Shown piece by piece: positions 39,543 through 49,328 of a DNA stretch of 64,000 nucleotides; positions within the stretch are counted from its first letter, which is position 1, and every line of letters begins with the position of its first letter. The notes under the pieces are model-generated. The model had not been told where the DNA came from and did not search any database. It saw only the letters and a program-made list of their open reading frames with translations. The stretch lies in contig JBJEBJ010000010.1 of the NCBI GenBank assembly GCA_051869955.1, positions 10,334 to 74,333 of the forward strand. Reading direction: 5' to 3'. Position numbers and translations under genes: made by a program. This DNA comes from Candidatus Cryptobacteroides sp. (GTDB lineage Bacteria > Bacteroidota > Bacteroidia > Bacteroidales > UBA932).

Positions 39543-39971
39543 ATGAAAAGAGCAATCACAATCCTTGCGGCAATGATAATTTCAGCCGTTGCAATGAACG
39601 CCCAGACCACCGGAGATGACATCCTCGGGACTTACCTTTCGGAAAACGGTACGGGCAAGGTGGAGGTCACCAAGGCAGACGGAAAATACATCGGAACTCT
39701 CATCTGGACAAAGGATGAAGGTGCCCTTGATGTGAAGAACCCCGACAAGAGCTTGAGAAGCAGGGTGCTCGCCGGCACCGTAATCCTCAAGAACATGGCT
39801 TTTGACGAGTCAAAAGGAGAATGGAAAGGCGGAACAATCTATGACCCGGAAAGCGGCAACACCTACAAGGCAACCATCAAGAGGAAGCCTAACGGGGACC
39901 TCACTTTGAGAGGCTATGTCGGAGTCCCAGCCCTCGGACGCAACTCCGCATGGACCAAGGTCAAACCTTAA
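39543..39971 (+). CDS. DUF2147 family secreted protein
   Basis: Signal peptide, DVKNPDKSLRSR, W.GGTIYDPESG.TY and L.LRGYVG...LGR...W. Confidence 0.88.
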   Translation: MKRAITILAAMIISAVAMNAQTTGDDILGTYLSENGTGKVEVTKADGKYIGTLIWTKDEGALDVKNPDKSLRSRVLAGTVILKNMAFDESKGEWKGGTIYDPESGNTYKATIKRKPNGDLTLRGYVGVPALGRNSAWTKVKP

Positions 39972-40740
39972 GCAAATCTGTAATGACCGTCTGGGCGCAG
40001 GCGCAACCGAAGACGGCAGGCATATATGAAATTGTCCCTACCTGGGACTTCTTGTTCCGGCCGGCCTCCAATACAATGGATGACCGGTCGGGAATTTCTT
40101 CTGAAAACACTGCCTTGAAACCGGCACGGATTCCCATCTTCCCGAGACGCTTCCTGACCATGTGCGCCAGAGGGCATTGGAAAGACTTGGAAATGTCAGT
40201 GATACGGATCTTGGTGACGTCGAACTTTGCCCCGGCCCCCATCGAGGAGACGAGAGGGATTTTCCTGTCAAGGCAATACTTGATGAGTTCAAGCTTCGGG
40301 CTCAGGGTGTCAATGGCATCCACTACATAATCGAAATGATATCCGTCGAGAAGGGCCGCAGGGGTATCCGAGCTGTCCTCGAACCCGGCATCCGGCACAG
40401 CCCCTTCTGAAATGATGAATTTCTCCACTGTCACAATGTCCAGATCCGGATTGATGTCCAAAAGACGCTCCCTGAGGACCTCGCATTTCGGTCGTCCTGT
40501 CGTGGAACCGAGCGCAATCAGCTGACGGTTCCGGTTCGAGACGGAGACCTCGTCGCTGTCCAATGTCAGGATATGCCCCACTCCGGCACGCACAAGCATC
40601 TCGGCTGCATAGCCCCCTACACCGCCTACTCCTATCACAGCCACCCGGGCTTCCGACAGGGTTCGAAGTCCGGAAGCGCCCACAAGCATCCCTGTACGTT
40701 CCTGCCATGCAGGAAACACAAATTCCTGATTGTCAGACAT
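39961..40740 (-). CDS. tcdA: tRNA threonylcarbamoyladenosine dehydratase (ThiF family)
   Basis: VIGVGGVGGYAAE.LVRAGVG, SNRNRQL, DYVVDAID, SSMGAGAK, CPLA..VRKRL and ISYMPAVFG. Confidence 0.88.
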   Translation of the reverse strand: MSDNQEFVFPAWQERTGMLVGASGLRTLSEARVAVIGVGGVGGYAAEMLVRAGVGHILTLDSDEVSVSNRNRQLIALGSTTGRPKCEVLRERLLDINPDLDIVTVEKFIISEGAVPDAGFEDSSDTPAALLDGYHFDYVVDAIDTLSPKLELIKYCLDRKIPLVSSMGAGAKFDVTKIRITDISKSFQCPLAHMVRKRLGKMGIRAGFKAVFSEEIPDRSSIVLEAGRNKKSQVGTISYMPAVFGCACAQTVITDLLKV

Positions 40741-40752
40741 ATAAATTAATGA

Positions 40753-41598
40753 TTACAATCCCTTAGCCTTGGCCTCATCCCAGATGGCATCCATCTCGGC
40801 AAGGGTCATGTCGGTAAGATTCCGGCCTTTGCGGATAGTATTCTCCTCGAGATATGTGAACCTGCGGCGGAACTTGTCGCAGGCACGGTTGAGTGCAGTA
40901 TCGGGATTCAGGCCGTAGAGCCTGGCAGCATTGACAACGGCGAACATGAAATCACCGAGTTCCTCCTCTGCCCTGTCGCGGGCGGAACCCTTGGCAGGAG
41001 CCTCATTGACATTGACAGAAATACCCTTCTCCTCCTCAGCCATTGCCTCGAGTTCGGCCTGGAATTCGCCCTGTTCCTCCTTGACCTTGTCCCATACCTG
41101 GGACGGACATTCCCAGTCGAATCCCACTCCGCGAGCCTTGTCCTGCATCGAATAGGCTTTCAATATCGGAGGAAGGGAATCAGGAACTCCGGACAATATC
41201 CTCTTGTTCCCGCCTTTCTCCTTCGTCTTGAGCATCTCCCAATTCTCCGAGACCTCCTCTGCATCAGCGACTTTGGTATCCGAAAATACATGAGGATGGC
41301 GGAATATCATCTTCTCGCATAGCCTTTCCATGACATCCGCGATATCGAACCTTCCCTGTTCCTGCGCAATCCTGGAATAGAACACCACATGCAGGAGGAC
41401 ATCCCCAAGTTCCTTTTCGATATCCTTCTCCGACTGCTTCAGTATGGCATCACTGAGCTCGTACGTCTCCTCAATGGTCATGGGCCTGAGGGACTCCATT
41501 GTCTGCGCTCCGTTCCACGGACAATTCTCACGCAGTTTGTCCATTATGTCAAGTACACGACCGAACTGCGCGAGTTTCTCTTCGTATGAATGTGCCAT
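40753..41598 (-). CDS. mazG: Nucleoside triphosphate pyrophosphohydrolase
   Basis: LRENCPW...QT..SLR...IEETYEL, ELGDVL, RHPHVF, VGFDW and EEELGDFMF. Confidence 0.93.
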   Translation of the reverse strand: MAHSYEEKLAQFGRVLDIMDKLRENCPWNGAQTMESLRPMTIEETYELSDAILKQSEKDIEKELGDVLLHVVFYSRIAQEQGRFDIADVMERLCEKMIFRHPHVFSDTKVADAEEVSENWEMLKTKEKGGNKRILSGVPDSLPPILKAYSMQDKARGVGFDWECPSQVWDKVKEEQGEFQAELEAMAEEEKGISVNVNEAPAKGSARDRAEEELGDFMFAVVNAARLYGLNPDTALNRACDKFRRRFTYLEENTIRKGRNLTDMTLAEMDAIWDEAKAKGL

Positions 41599-41608
41599 GA
41601 TATCAGAT

Positions 41609-42055
41609 TTATGATACGGCAGGAGCCGCAGGCTGGGATGCAGCCGGTTTCTGCTGTGCAGGCTTGTGGCCGGTCAGAGCCCCGGCAACTTTCTCGAACT
41701 CACCTTCCGACAGCATCTTGCAGGTTCCGTCGAAATGAGCCCCGAGTTCCACCACAAGGCGCTTGACGTGCAGATCACCGTTCACGCTGCAGGTATCCTT
41801 GAGAGTCAGTGTATCCTTAACGTAAAGACTTCCTTCGAGTTTTCCCCAGAAATCTACGTTCTCACATACGATATCGCCCTTGATCTCAGCCTTCTCTCCG
41901 GCTACGACACGTCCGGAGCAGAAAATCCTGCCTTCGAAAGAACCGTCTATCCTAATGTCGTTCGGAGAGGATATTTCACCTTTTATGACCGAACCTGTTG
42001 AAATCCTGCTGACCTCGTTCACATTGACAACAGGAGTCTGTGGTTTAACACTCAT
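41609..42055 (-). CDS. Bactofilin (polymer-forming cytoskeletal protein)
   Basis: Beta-helix repeats IKGEI..DIRIDG.FEG.I, IKGDI.C and VNGDL....LVVELGAHFDG.CKM. Start codon uncertain (42055-42066). Confidence 0.85.
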   Translation of the reverse strand: MSVKPQTPVVNVNEVSRISTGSVIKGEISSPNDIRIDGSFEGRIFCSGRVVAGEKAEIKGDIVCENVDFWGKLEGSLYVKDTLTLKDTCSVNGDLHVKRLVVELGAHFDGTCKMLSEGEFEKVAGALTGHKPAQQKPAASQPAAPAVS

Positions 42056-42155
42056 TTCCATCATCATTTGCAAGTGAGCCAAGTCCTTGCTGTATATGAA
42101 GCCGGTGCATTGGCCACCGGTTTGACATTATAATCAGAAATAATTGCACTATATG

Positions 42156-45100
42156 CTATACGAGTCCCTTCCCGTGGCAGTTCTTGTACTTCAGACCTGA
42201 ACCGCAAGGACACGGGTCATTTCTGCCGACCTTCTTTTCCACGTGGACAGGCATCCTCGTCTTAGGCTGCCCGGAATTGGTGGAAAGTTCCCCGTGCTGG
42301 GTATTCATCCTGCTCATGTCAGTCTTCGGCTGCTGCGGCTCGCGGGCCGGCTGTGCCTGCTCCGGGTCACGCAGATAGATTGAAGAACGGAAGAGGAACG
42401 AAAGCACGTCCTTGTCGAGCGACTCGAGCATGGCGGCGAACAGATTGTAACTCTCCAACTTGTAAATCACGAGAGGGTCCTTCTGCTCGTAAGCCGCATT
42501 CTGCACGGACTGCCTGAGATCATCCAAATCCCTGAGCTGCTGCTTCCAGTGTTCGTCGATTTGATAGAGGATTATGGTCTTGCTGAGTGACTTGGCGAGT
42601 TCCTTGCCTCCTGACTCGTAAGCCTTCTTCAGGTTGAATGCGAGATTCAGCACCTTGCGGCCGTCGGTGATTGGCACGGCAATGTTCTGCCATCTCTCGC
42701 CCTGCTTCTCGTACACGTCCTTGATGAAAGGATAGACCTTCGTTATCATCGCATCCATCCTCCTGTCATAGACCTCCTTCATGTGGAGAGTGAGCTTGTT
42801 CTTGAGTTCTTCCGGCTTCGCTGAAGAATAGACTTCTTCGCTGAATCCCGGGTCTATTGACAGCTGGGCCATGAGATATGAGGAGAAATCCTCATAATTC
42901 ATCCCGTCGCAATTGTTCACGATGACCTCCGAAGCGTCAATCATCATGTTCATCACGTCAATTTCGATTCGCTCTCCGGACATTGCGTTGCGCCTTCTGG
43001 AATATATGGCCTCGCGCTGATAGTTCATCACGTCGTCGTATTCAAGGAGCCTCTTACGGATGCCGAAGTTGTTCTCCTCCACCTTCCTCTGGGCCTTCTC
43101 GATACTGTTGGACAGCATCTTGGACTCGAGAGCATCCTCATCAGTCATTCCGAGTTTGTCAACCACCGCAGCGATTCTCTCGGAACCGAAAAGCCTCATC
43201 AGCTTGTCCTCAAGGGATACATAGAATGTCGAAGAGCCAGGGTCTCCCTGACGTCCGGCACGACCTCTAAGCTGACGGTCCACACGGCGGCTGTCATGCC
43301 TCTCGGTACCGATGATGGCAAGTCCGCCAGCTGCCTTAACTTCAGGTGACAGCTTGATGTCGGTTCCTCGACCGGCCATGTTGGTGGCAATGGTCACGGT
43401 GCTTGACTGTCCGGCCTGGGCAACAATCTCGGCCTCTTTTGCGAACTGCTTGGCGTTCAATACATTGTGAGGAATACCGCGCATCTTGAGCATACGGCTC
43501 AGGAGCTCGGATGTATCCACGTCAGTAGTACCCACGAGGACCGGCCTTCCTGCGGCACGAAGTTCGGCCACCTTATTGATGACGGCGGCATATTTTGCTT
43601 TCTTCGTCCTGTATATGAGGTCGTCGTTATCCTTCCTGATGACTGGCCTGTTGGTCGGGATGACCACCACGTCAAGCTTGTAGATAGACCAGAACTCACC
43701 CGCCTCTGTCTCTGCCGTTCCGGTCATGCCGGCCAGCTTGTGGTACATACGGAAATAATTCTGCAATGTGATGGTGGCGAATGTCTGGGTCGCTGCCTCC
43801 ACGGTCACGTTCTCCTTCGCCTCCACTGCCTGATGGAGACCGTCACTCCAGCGCCTTCCCTCCATTATACGTCCCGTCTGCTCGTCCACGATCTTCACCT
43901 TGCCGTCCACTATGATGTAATCCACGTCCTTCTCGAACATCGAGTAAGCCTTCAGCAACTGGATCATCGTGTGTACACGCTCGCTCTTGAGGGCGAAATC
44001 CTCCATGAGGGCATCCTTCTTCGCCTGTTTCTCGGCCAGAGTAAGTCCGGAATGTTCGATGGAAGCTACCTGCGATCCCACGTCAGGAAGCACGAAGAAA
44101 TCCGGCTCGGAAACTTCAGCCGCAAGCATGTCGTGTCCCTTGTCGGTCATGTCCACGGAATGCTGCTGCTCGTTTATTACGAAATACAGAGGGTCTGTCA
44201 CCTCAGGCATCTGCCTCTCATTGTCCTGGATATAGAAATTCTCCGCCTTCTGCATCAGCTGCTTCATGCCCGGCTCGCTGAGGAACTTGATGAGCGGCTG
44301 GTATTTAGGGAGTCCCTTGTGGCACCTGTACAGGAGCTTTCCTCCGAGAGCCTCGTCCTTGTTCGCAATGGCTTTCTTCGCATCGTTGAGAGTCTTCGTG
44401 ATGAGGGCTCTCTGATTGGCGTAGAGCTTCTCCACATAAGGACGGAACTGCTTGAACTGCTCGTCGTCCTGTGATTTGGCAACAGGACCTGAAATGATGA
44501 GAGGGGTCCTGGCGTCGTCGATGAGCACGGAGTCCACCTCGTCCACGATGGCATAATGATGCTTGCGCTGCACCAGGTCGCTCATCCTCGAGGCCATGTT
44601 GTCACGCAGGTAGTCGAAACCGAACTCGTTGTTGGTACCGAAGGTAATGTCACATTCATAAGCCTTCCTGCGGGCATCGCTGTTAGGCTCGTGCTTGTCG
44701 ATGCAGTCCACTGAAAGCCCGTGGAACATATAGAGAGGTCCCATCCACTCGGAATCTCGCTTGGACAGGTAATCATTCACGGTCACCACATGCACACCCT
44801 TGCCGGCAAGCGCATTGAGGAACACAGGCAGGGTGGCCACGAGGGTCTTGCCCTCTCCGGTAGCCATCTCCGCAATCTTTCCCTGATGCAATATGATACC
44901 GCCTATGAGCTGCACGTCGTAATGTACCATCTCCCAGACAGTTTCATTGCCTCCGGCAACCCAATGATTCTGCCAGAGGGCCTTGTCCCCCTCGATGGTC
45001 ACGAAATCATGTGACACGCTGAGATGGCGGTCAAATTCTGAAGCGGTTACCTCCACGACAGGATTCTCAGTGAACCTGCGGGCAGTGGATTTCATTATTG

Positions 45101-45437
45101 CAAAAGCTTCCGGAAGAATTTCCTCGAGCATTTTCTCTATTGCGGCATCCTCGTCCTTCACAAGTTTGTCGGACTCGGTGGCAAGTTCTTCCTTCTTCTT
45201 GACAGGAATGTCACTTTCAAGCTGGGACTTAATCTCGGCAATCCTGTTCTCAAACGGCTCCTCAACCTCACGGAGACGCCTCTTCAATTCCTCGGAACGG
45301 GCCCTGAGCTCATCGTTCGAGAGTTTGTCAATCGTCTCATAAGCAGCGAGAACCTTTTCAAGCACAGGCCTGACATGCTTCATATCCCGGTCGGACTTCG
45401 TTCCGAACACCTTTTTGATTATATCTACTAATGCCAT
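42156..45437 (-). CDS. secA: Preprotein translocase subunit SecA
   Basis: [47 protein letters not shown] and a SEC-C motif [18 protein letters not shown]. Confidence 0.98.
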   Translation of the reverse strand: MALVDIIKKVFGTKSDRDMKHVRPVLEKVLAAYETIDKLSNDELRARSEELKRRLREVEEPFENRIAEIKSQLESDIPVKKKEELATESDKLVKDEDAAIEKMLEEILPEAFAIMKSTARRFTENPVVEVTASEFDRHLSVSHDFVTIEGDKALWQNHWVAGGNETVWEMVHYDVQLIGGIILHQGKIAEMATGEGKTLVATLPVFLNALAGKGVHVVTVNDYLSKRDSEWMGPLYMFHGLSVDCIDKHEPNSDARRKAYECDITFGTNNEFGFDYLRDNMASRMSDLVQRKHHYAIVDEVDSVLIDDARTPLIISGPVAKSQDDEQFKQFRPYVEKLYANQRALITKTLNDAKKAIANKDEALGGKLLYRCHKGLPKYQPLIKFLSEPGMKQLMQKAENFYIQDNERQMPEVTDPLYFVINEQQHSVDMTDKGHDMLAAEVSEPDFFVLPDVGSQVASIEHSGLTLAEKQAKKDALMEDFALKSERVHTMIQLLKAYSMFEKDVDYIIVDGKVKIVDEQTGRIMEGRRWSDGLHQAVEAKENVTVEAATQTFATITLQNYFRMYHKLAGMTGTAETEAGEFWSIYKLDVVVIPTNRPVIRKDNDDLIYRTKKAKYAAVINKVAELRAAGRPVLVGTTDVDTSELLSRMLKMRGIPHNVLNAKQFAKEAEIVAQAGQSSTVTIATNMAGRGTDIKLSPEVKAAGGLAIIGTERHDSRRVDRQLRGRAGRQGDPGSSTFYVSLEDKLMRLFGSERIAAVVDKLGMTDEDALESKMLSNSIEKAQRKVEENNFGIRKRLLEYDDVMNYQREAIYSRRRNAMSGERIEIDVMNMMIDASEVIVNNCDGMNYEDFSSYLMAQLSIDPGFSEEVYSSAKPEELKNKLTLHMKEVYDRRMDAMITKVYPFIKDVYEKQGERWQNIAVPITDGRKVLNLAFNLKKAYESGGKELAKSLSKTIILYQIDEHWKQQLRDLDDLRQSVQNAAYEQKDPLVIYKLESYNLFAAMLESLDKDVLSFLFRSSIYLRDPEQAQPAREPQQPKTDMSRMNTQHGELSTNSGQPKTRMPVHVEKKVGRNDPCPCGSGLKYKNCHGKGLV

Positions 45438-45485
45438 TGCTTATCGTTTTTAATACTAATCTTGCAAATATAATAATTATTGACG

Positions 45486-46745
45486 TCAATGACAAATCAT
45501 GTTTCCCCACGCCTTTCCATGTCCTGCGAGCCGACTGTAAACGAACAACATTTCCTCCCTTATCCTTCTCACGTCATGCCTGCTTGAGGCCCCGGCAACA
45601 CCTCTCCCGGAGATTTCCGCAGCCTTTTTCCGGTCATCGAGCAGACTCATTATCTTCCCGGCGAAATCCCCGGCATCCCCTGCTGCAGCCAGCAGACCGG
45701 TAACGCCGTCCTCTACTATGGAAGGCACTCCCCCGACGGCAGAAGCCACCACCGGAACTCCTATCATCTGAGCCTCACATACACTGTTCGGGCTATTGTC
45801 CACATAGGAAGGATGCACATACACGGATGCCGTCACAAGCTCGGTTGCAATATCCCCTGCACCACCGACTCCGGCAGCGACCACTCCGCAATCCGCAGCC
45901 CTGACACCTGTAAACTTCTCATAGAAAGGCAGATCCACATTGCCGAAGACCTTCCACTCGAAATCTGCCCCGTAACGTTCATGCAGGAGGGAGGCAGTTC
46001 TGAGAACAAGATCCATACCCTTGTACGGCGCCTCTGAAATCGTGGAAACTATCTTGATTTTCGCAGAAGGATTCCATGTCCCGGCCTTTTCATAGAACTG
46101 AGGCCTGAGAACCTCGTCCACCTTGAAATAGACAGCATCGCCATTGCGGGATTCTATTTCCTGCCTGTCCCATGCAGTACGTCCGATGAACCAATGAATA
46201 GTCCTGAGCACCTCCGCCTCGTCGGCAGCCCGTCTCTTCATGTTCAGCCAATGGTAATACTTCCCGAAGAAACCCTTTAAAGAACCGCCTGACATACAAT
46301 ATCTGAAGAGACTCATGCGCGGAGGAAGGAAACCCTTCACGCAGGCTTCAAGAATACCCTGGACATGAAGCACCACAGGCACGTCAGCAAGTCCGGCGAT
46401 CAGTCCGTATGGATGCTCCGAGCCGAAAACCTCGATAACGTCCGGCCGGAAGTCCCTGATAATCCTAAGGAAAGAACTCAGGATCCATGAGCGTTGTTCG
46501 GCATTGCCGGAAATCATTCTCCTGACTCTGGAAGCCCGGCCGGAATCGTACGGGTCATGAATCGGATAATATCGTACCCCGTCCTTGACAACCGGACCGT
46601 CCGCATCGTTCATCACGAATGCCACGGCAAGCGTAACTGCGGAGGACATCTGCCGCTCCAACGAGGAAATCCAGCCGCAGCCGTTGTATGCTCCGGAGCT
46701 TGAAACGAATCCGGAAGGTGATCTGGTAAGCCACAGGACTCTCAT
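45486..46745 (-). CDS. Glycosyltransferase family 4 (GT-B)
   Basis: MRVLW, FRPDVI..FGSE, YKG.DL, VHPSYVDNSPNSVCEAQMIGVPVVAS.VGG and GVTGLL. Confidence 0.88.
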   Translation of the reverse strand: MRVLWLTRSPSGFVSSSGAYNGCGWISSLERQMSSAVTLAVAFVMNDADGPVVKDGVRYYPIHDPYDSGRASRVRRMISGNAEQRSWILSSFLRIIRDFRPDVIEVFGSEHPYGLIAGLADVPVVLHVQGILEACVKGFLPPRMSLFRYCMSGGSLKGFFGKYYHWLNMKRRAADEAEVLRTIHWFIGRTAWDRQEIESRNGDAVYFKVDEVLRPQFYEKAGTWNPSAKIKIVSTISEAPYKGMDLVLRTASLLHERYGADFEWKVFGNVDLPFYEKFTGVRAADCGVVAAGVGGAGDIATELVTASVYVHPSYVDNSPNSVCEAQMIGVPVVASAVGGVPSIVEDGVTGLLAAAGDAGDFAGKIMSLLDDRKKAAEISGRGVAGASSRHDVRRIREEMLFVYSRLAGHGKAWGNMICH

Positions 46746-46755
46746 AGGACATTCG

Positions 46756-47667
46756 TCATTGGTTAGGGAACTTGTCCCTGAACCCGTTGTCTATCTCACT
46801 GCGTATCTCAGTGATTGTCATGCGCCTGGTGAAATCCATGAAGAAACTGCCATGATTGGAAATACGCTCGAACTTGGCCGGCATCTGCATATAGTCCCCA
46901 TAGATACGTCTCAGGATCTCATCATTTCCGGAAGGAACAGGCACCATAATGTTCTCGAAAGGAATGAGGATCCTGCCGCTTATCCATTCTGCCGGGAACG
47001 AGACCTTTTCAGCCGGGGAGAATGCGGAATAAGTTATCCTCCAGCCTCCTTTGCCGGAAGCCAGCGCCCTGTCCATGCTACAGAAACGGGCCTTGAGCAA
47101 CTTGCGCCTCGGCCTGTACCAGAGAAGGTCGAGCAATGCTCCGGAGCAATAGTGGAAATTGCCTTCAAGCAACGACTCTCCCCAAGCCCTGAATGTATGG
47201 CGCCGGAAACTCCTCCTGTATTTCTTGAATGCCGAATGATATTCATCCTTGAATCGCTGGGCGGCGGAAATGTTCCCGTCAAAAGAGTCCAAAGGGAAAA
47301 TATCTATGAAGACACCATAGATTGAAGGATAGCGTTCCTGCTCCCAGATGGTGGAGTTCATGTCGCAGAACTTGGTAATCGGGAAAGGCATGTCTTCGTC
47401 ACCCACACGCGGGCCACACAGGTCATACTCTCCCTCAAGAACATCTCCGGTTATCTCCCGGACACGTCCCTTCATTGCCAGCAGCCTCTCATAATCGGCT
47501 CTCGGCATATATACGTCAATATCGTCGTCCCAGGGAATCAGGCCCTTGTGCCTGACGGCACCGATAGAAGCCCCGAAAGCCAGATACCAGTCGAGTCCCG
47601 CAGCATCGCAGAACTTCATGAAATCACGCATTGTACGGAGCAAAATCTCCTTGTGTCTGTCGTCCAT
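46756..47667 (-). CDS. licD: LicD-family phosphotransferase (CDP-X transferase)
   Basis: GASIGAVRHKGLIPWDDDIDVYMPRADY, GVFIDIFPLD, FE...PVP..D.IL..IYGDYMQMP. Start taken at MDDRHK; the ORF-track extension lies within a MITE. Confidence 0.9.
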   Translation of the reverse strand: MDDRHKEILLRTMRDFMKFCDAAGLDWYLAFGASIGAVRHKGLIPWDDDIDVYMPRADYERLLAMKGRVREITGDVLEGEYDLCGPRVGDEDMPFPITKFCDMNSTIWEQERYPSIYGVFIDIFPLDSFDGNISAAQRFKDEYHSAFKKYRRSFRRHTFRAWGESLLEGNFHYCSGALLDLLWYRPRRKLLKARFCSMDRALASGKGGWRITYSAFSPAEKVSFPAEWISGRILIPFENIMVPVPSGNDEILRRIYGDYMQMPAKFERISNHGSFFMDFTRRMTITEIRSEIDNGFRDKFPNQ

Positions 47668-47679
47668 AAGAATAAGATT

Positions 47680-47906
47680 AAGTTTCGCAAGCCGCAAATT
47701 GAGTCCTTTCAATAGGGATTGTCGCTCAATGCGAACAAAGGCCCACGCGCATAATATACGCTACACTTTTCCTAAATCCCTACCGTCCCTCCGGGCTGCT
47801 CGCTGCAAAAGGCCACTGGACTTTTGCTTATCGCTCCCGACCCCGGGAAAGGGACTTACCATCGGCCTGAAGGCCTCAAAAGCAGTTGTTTCGCTCTGCG
47901 AAACTT
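47680..47906. mobile_element. MITE-like element, copy 2 (227 bp), with a nested 59-bp hairpin insert
   Basis: Same inverted repeats AAGTTTCGCA/TGCGAAACTT and shared blocks (AAAGGCCCACGCGCAT; GGGAAAGGGACTTACC; TCGGCCTGAAGGCCTC; AAAGCAGTTGTTTCGCTCTGCG) as 22505-22678. The extra segment 47782-47840 contains GCAAAAG..CTTTTGC. Confidence 0.72.
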
Positions 47907-48028
47907 GAGTAAATGTGTTATAACTTACAAATTTACACATTATTTCAACATTTTCCGGCATTTTTAGGAAATAATATTTGATTTGAATTTGAAAACGTTT
48001 AAATTAGCTGCATAAAAATACAATAAAA

Positions 48029-49321
48029 ATGCCTGGAATTTCCCGAAGAGGCGCATCACTTCCGGCTTCCCCTATCAGGAAGCTCGCGCCATACGCAGAA
48101 AGTGCGAAACAAAGAGGAGTCAAAGTCTATCATCTGAACATCGGCCAGCCGGACCTGCCGACTCCCGAAAAAGCCCTTGACGCCATCAGGGCACTGGACC
48201 GCAGGACATTGGAATACAGTCCGAGCAACGGTATCAGAAGCCTGAGGGATAAATTGACCGGTTATTACAGCCGGTTCGGAATCAATCTTTCCCAGGACGA
48301 GATCATTGTCACTTCGGGCGGTTCCGAAGCGCTTCTCGCAACATTCCTGACCTGCTTCGACCCGGGGGACGAGGTCATAATCACCGAACCGGGCTACGCG
48401 AACTACCTGAGTTTCGCCAAGGCGGCAGGCCTCGTGGTGAAAGCCGTGACCTCAAGGATTGAGGACGGATTCGCCCTCCCGTCCGCCGCTGATTTCGAGA
48501 AAGCCATCACAGACAAGACGAAGGCCATTCTCATCTGCAACCCGAACAATCCTACGGGACATCTGTATTCCCCGGAGGAACTGTTCCAGATCAGGGATCT
48601 CGTTCGCGACCACGACCTGTTCCTGATTTCCGACGAAGTCTATCGTGAATTCGTGTACAACGGCGAGCCTTACGTTTCCGCTCTCACCCTCTTCGGAATC
48701 GAAGAAAACGTGATTGTAGTGGATTCCGTGTCCAAGCGTTATTCTGAATGCGGGATACGCGTGGGTATGGTAGTTACAAGGAACAAGGAAATCCTGGAAG
48801 GAATAATGCATTTCTGCCAGTCAAGGCTCAGCCCGCCTCTCCTCGGGCAGATTGCCGCGGAGGCATCCATAGAAGGTACCGAGCTCTATTCCGAGGAATG
48901 CTTCAATGAATACAAGGCCAGACGGGATTTCTTCATCGAAGGCCTCAACAAGATACCGGGGGTTTACTCCCCTCTTCCTGAAGGAGCCTTCTACACTGTG
49001 GCAAGCCTGCCTGTCAAGAACGCGGAGGATTTCTGCAGATGGTGCCTGACGGATTTCTGCTGGAAGGAAAATGAGGACGAACCGGCAGATAATGGAGGGA
49101 TACATTTCGGAGGTCTCATCCCCGGTCCCGGGAAGCAGGAGCCTGAATTCATCGGGGAAACCGTGATGATGGCCCCTGCTGCAGGATTCTATGCCAACAA
49201 GGAGTTGGGAGCCAACCAGGTGAGAATGGCGTACGTTCTCAAGAAAGAGGATCTGGCACGAGCCCTGAAAGTGCTTGAAAAAGCCCTTGAGGCCTACAGC
49301 AAGGTCGAGTCCGGAGAATAA
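48029..49321 (+). CDS. Pyridoxal-phosphate class I aminotransferase (aspartate aminotransferase-like)
   Basis: SPIRKL, LNIGQPD, TSGGSEA, CNPNNPTG, ISDEVY and DSVSKRYSECGIRVG. Confidence 0.9.
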   Translation: MPGISRRGASLPASPIRKLAPYAESAKQRGVKVYHLNIGQPDLPTPEKALDAIRALDRRTLEYSPSNGIRSLRDKLTGYYSRFGINLSQDEIIVTSGGSEALLATFLTCFDPGDEVIITEPGYANYLSFAKAAGLVVKAVTSRIEDGFALPSAADFEKAITDKTKAILICNPNNPTGHLYSPEELFQIRDLVRDHDLFLISDEVYREFVYNGEPYVSALTLFGIEENVIVVDSVSKRYSECGIRVGMVVTRNKEILEGIMHFCQSRLSPPLLGQIAAEASIEGTELYSEECFNEYKARRDFFIEGLNKIPGVYSPLPEGAFYTVASLPVKNAEDFCRWCLTDFCWKENEDEPADNGGIHFGGLIPGPGKQEPEFIGETVMMAPAAGFYANKELGANQVRMAYVLKKEDLARALKVLEKALEAYSKVESGE

Positions 49322-49328
49322 CGGAATG

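Noticed and set aside
47668-47712. N-terminal extension of LicD in the ORF track (MKGLNLRLAKLNL)
   Set aside because: It comes from the MITE end; the ATG at 47667 fits the family length better.
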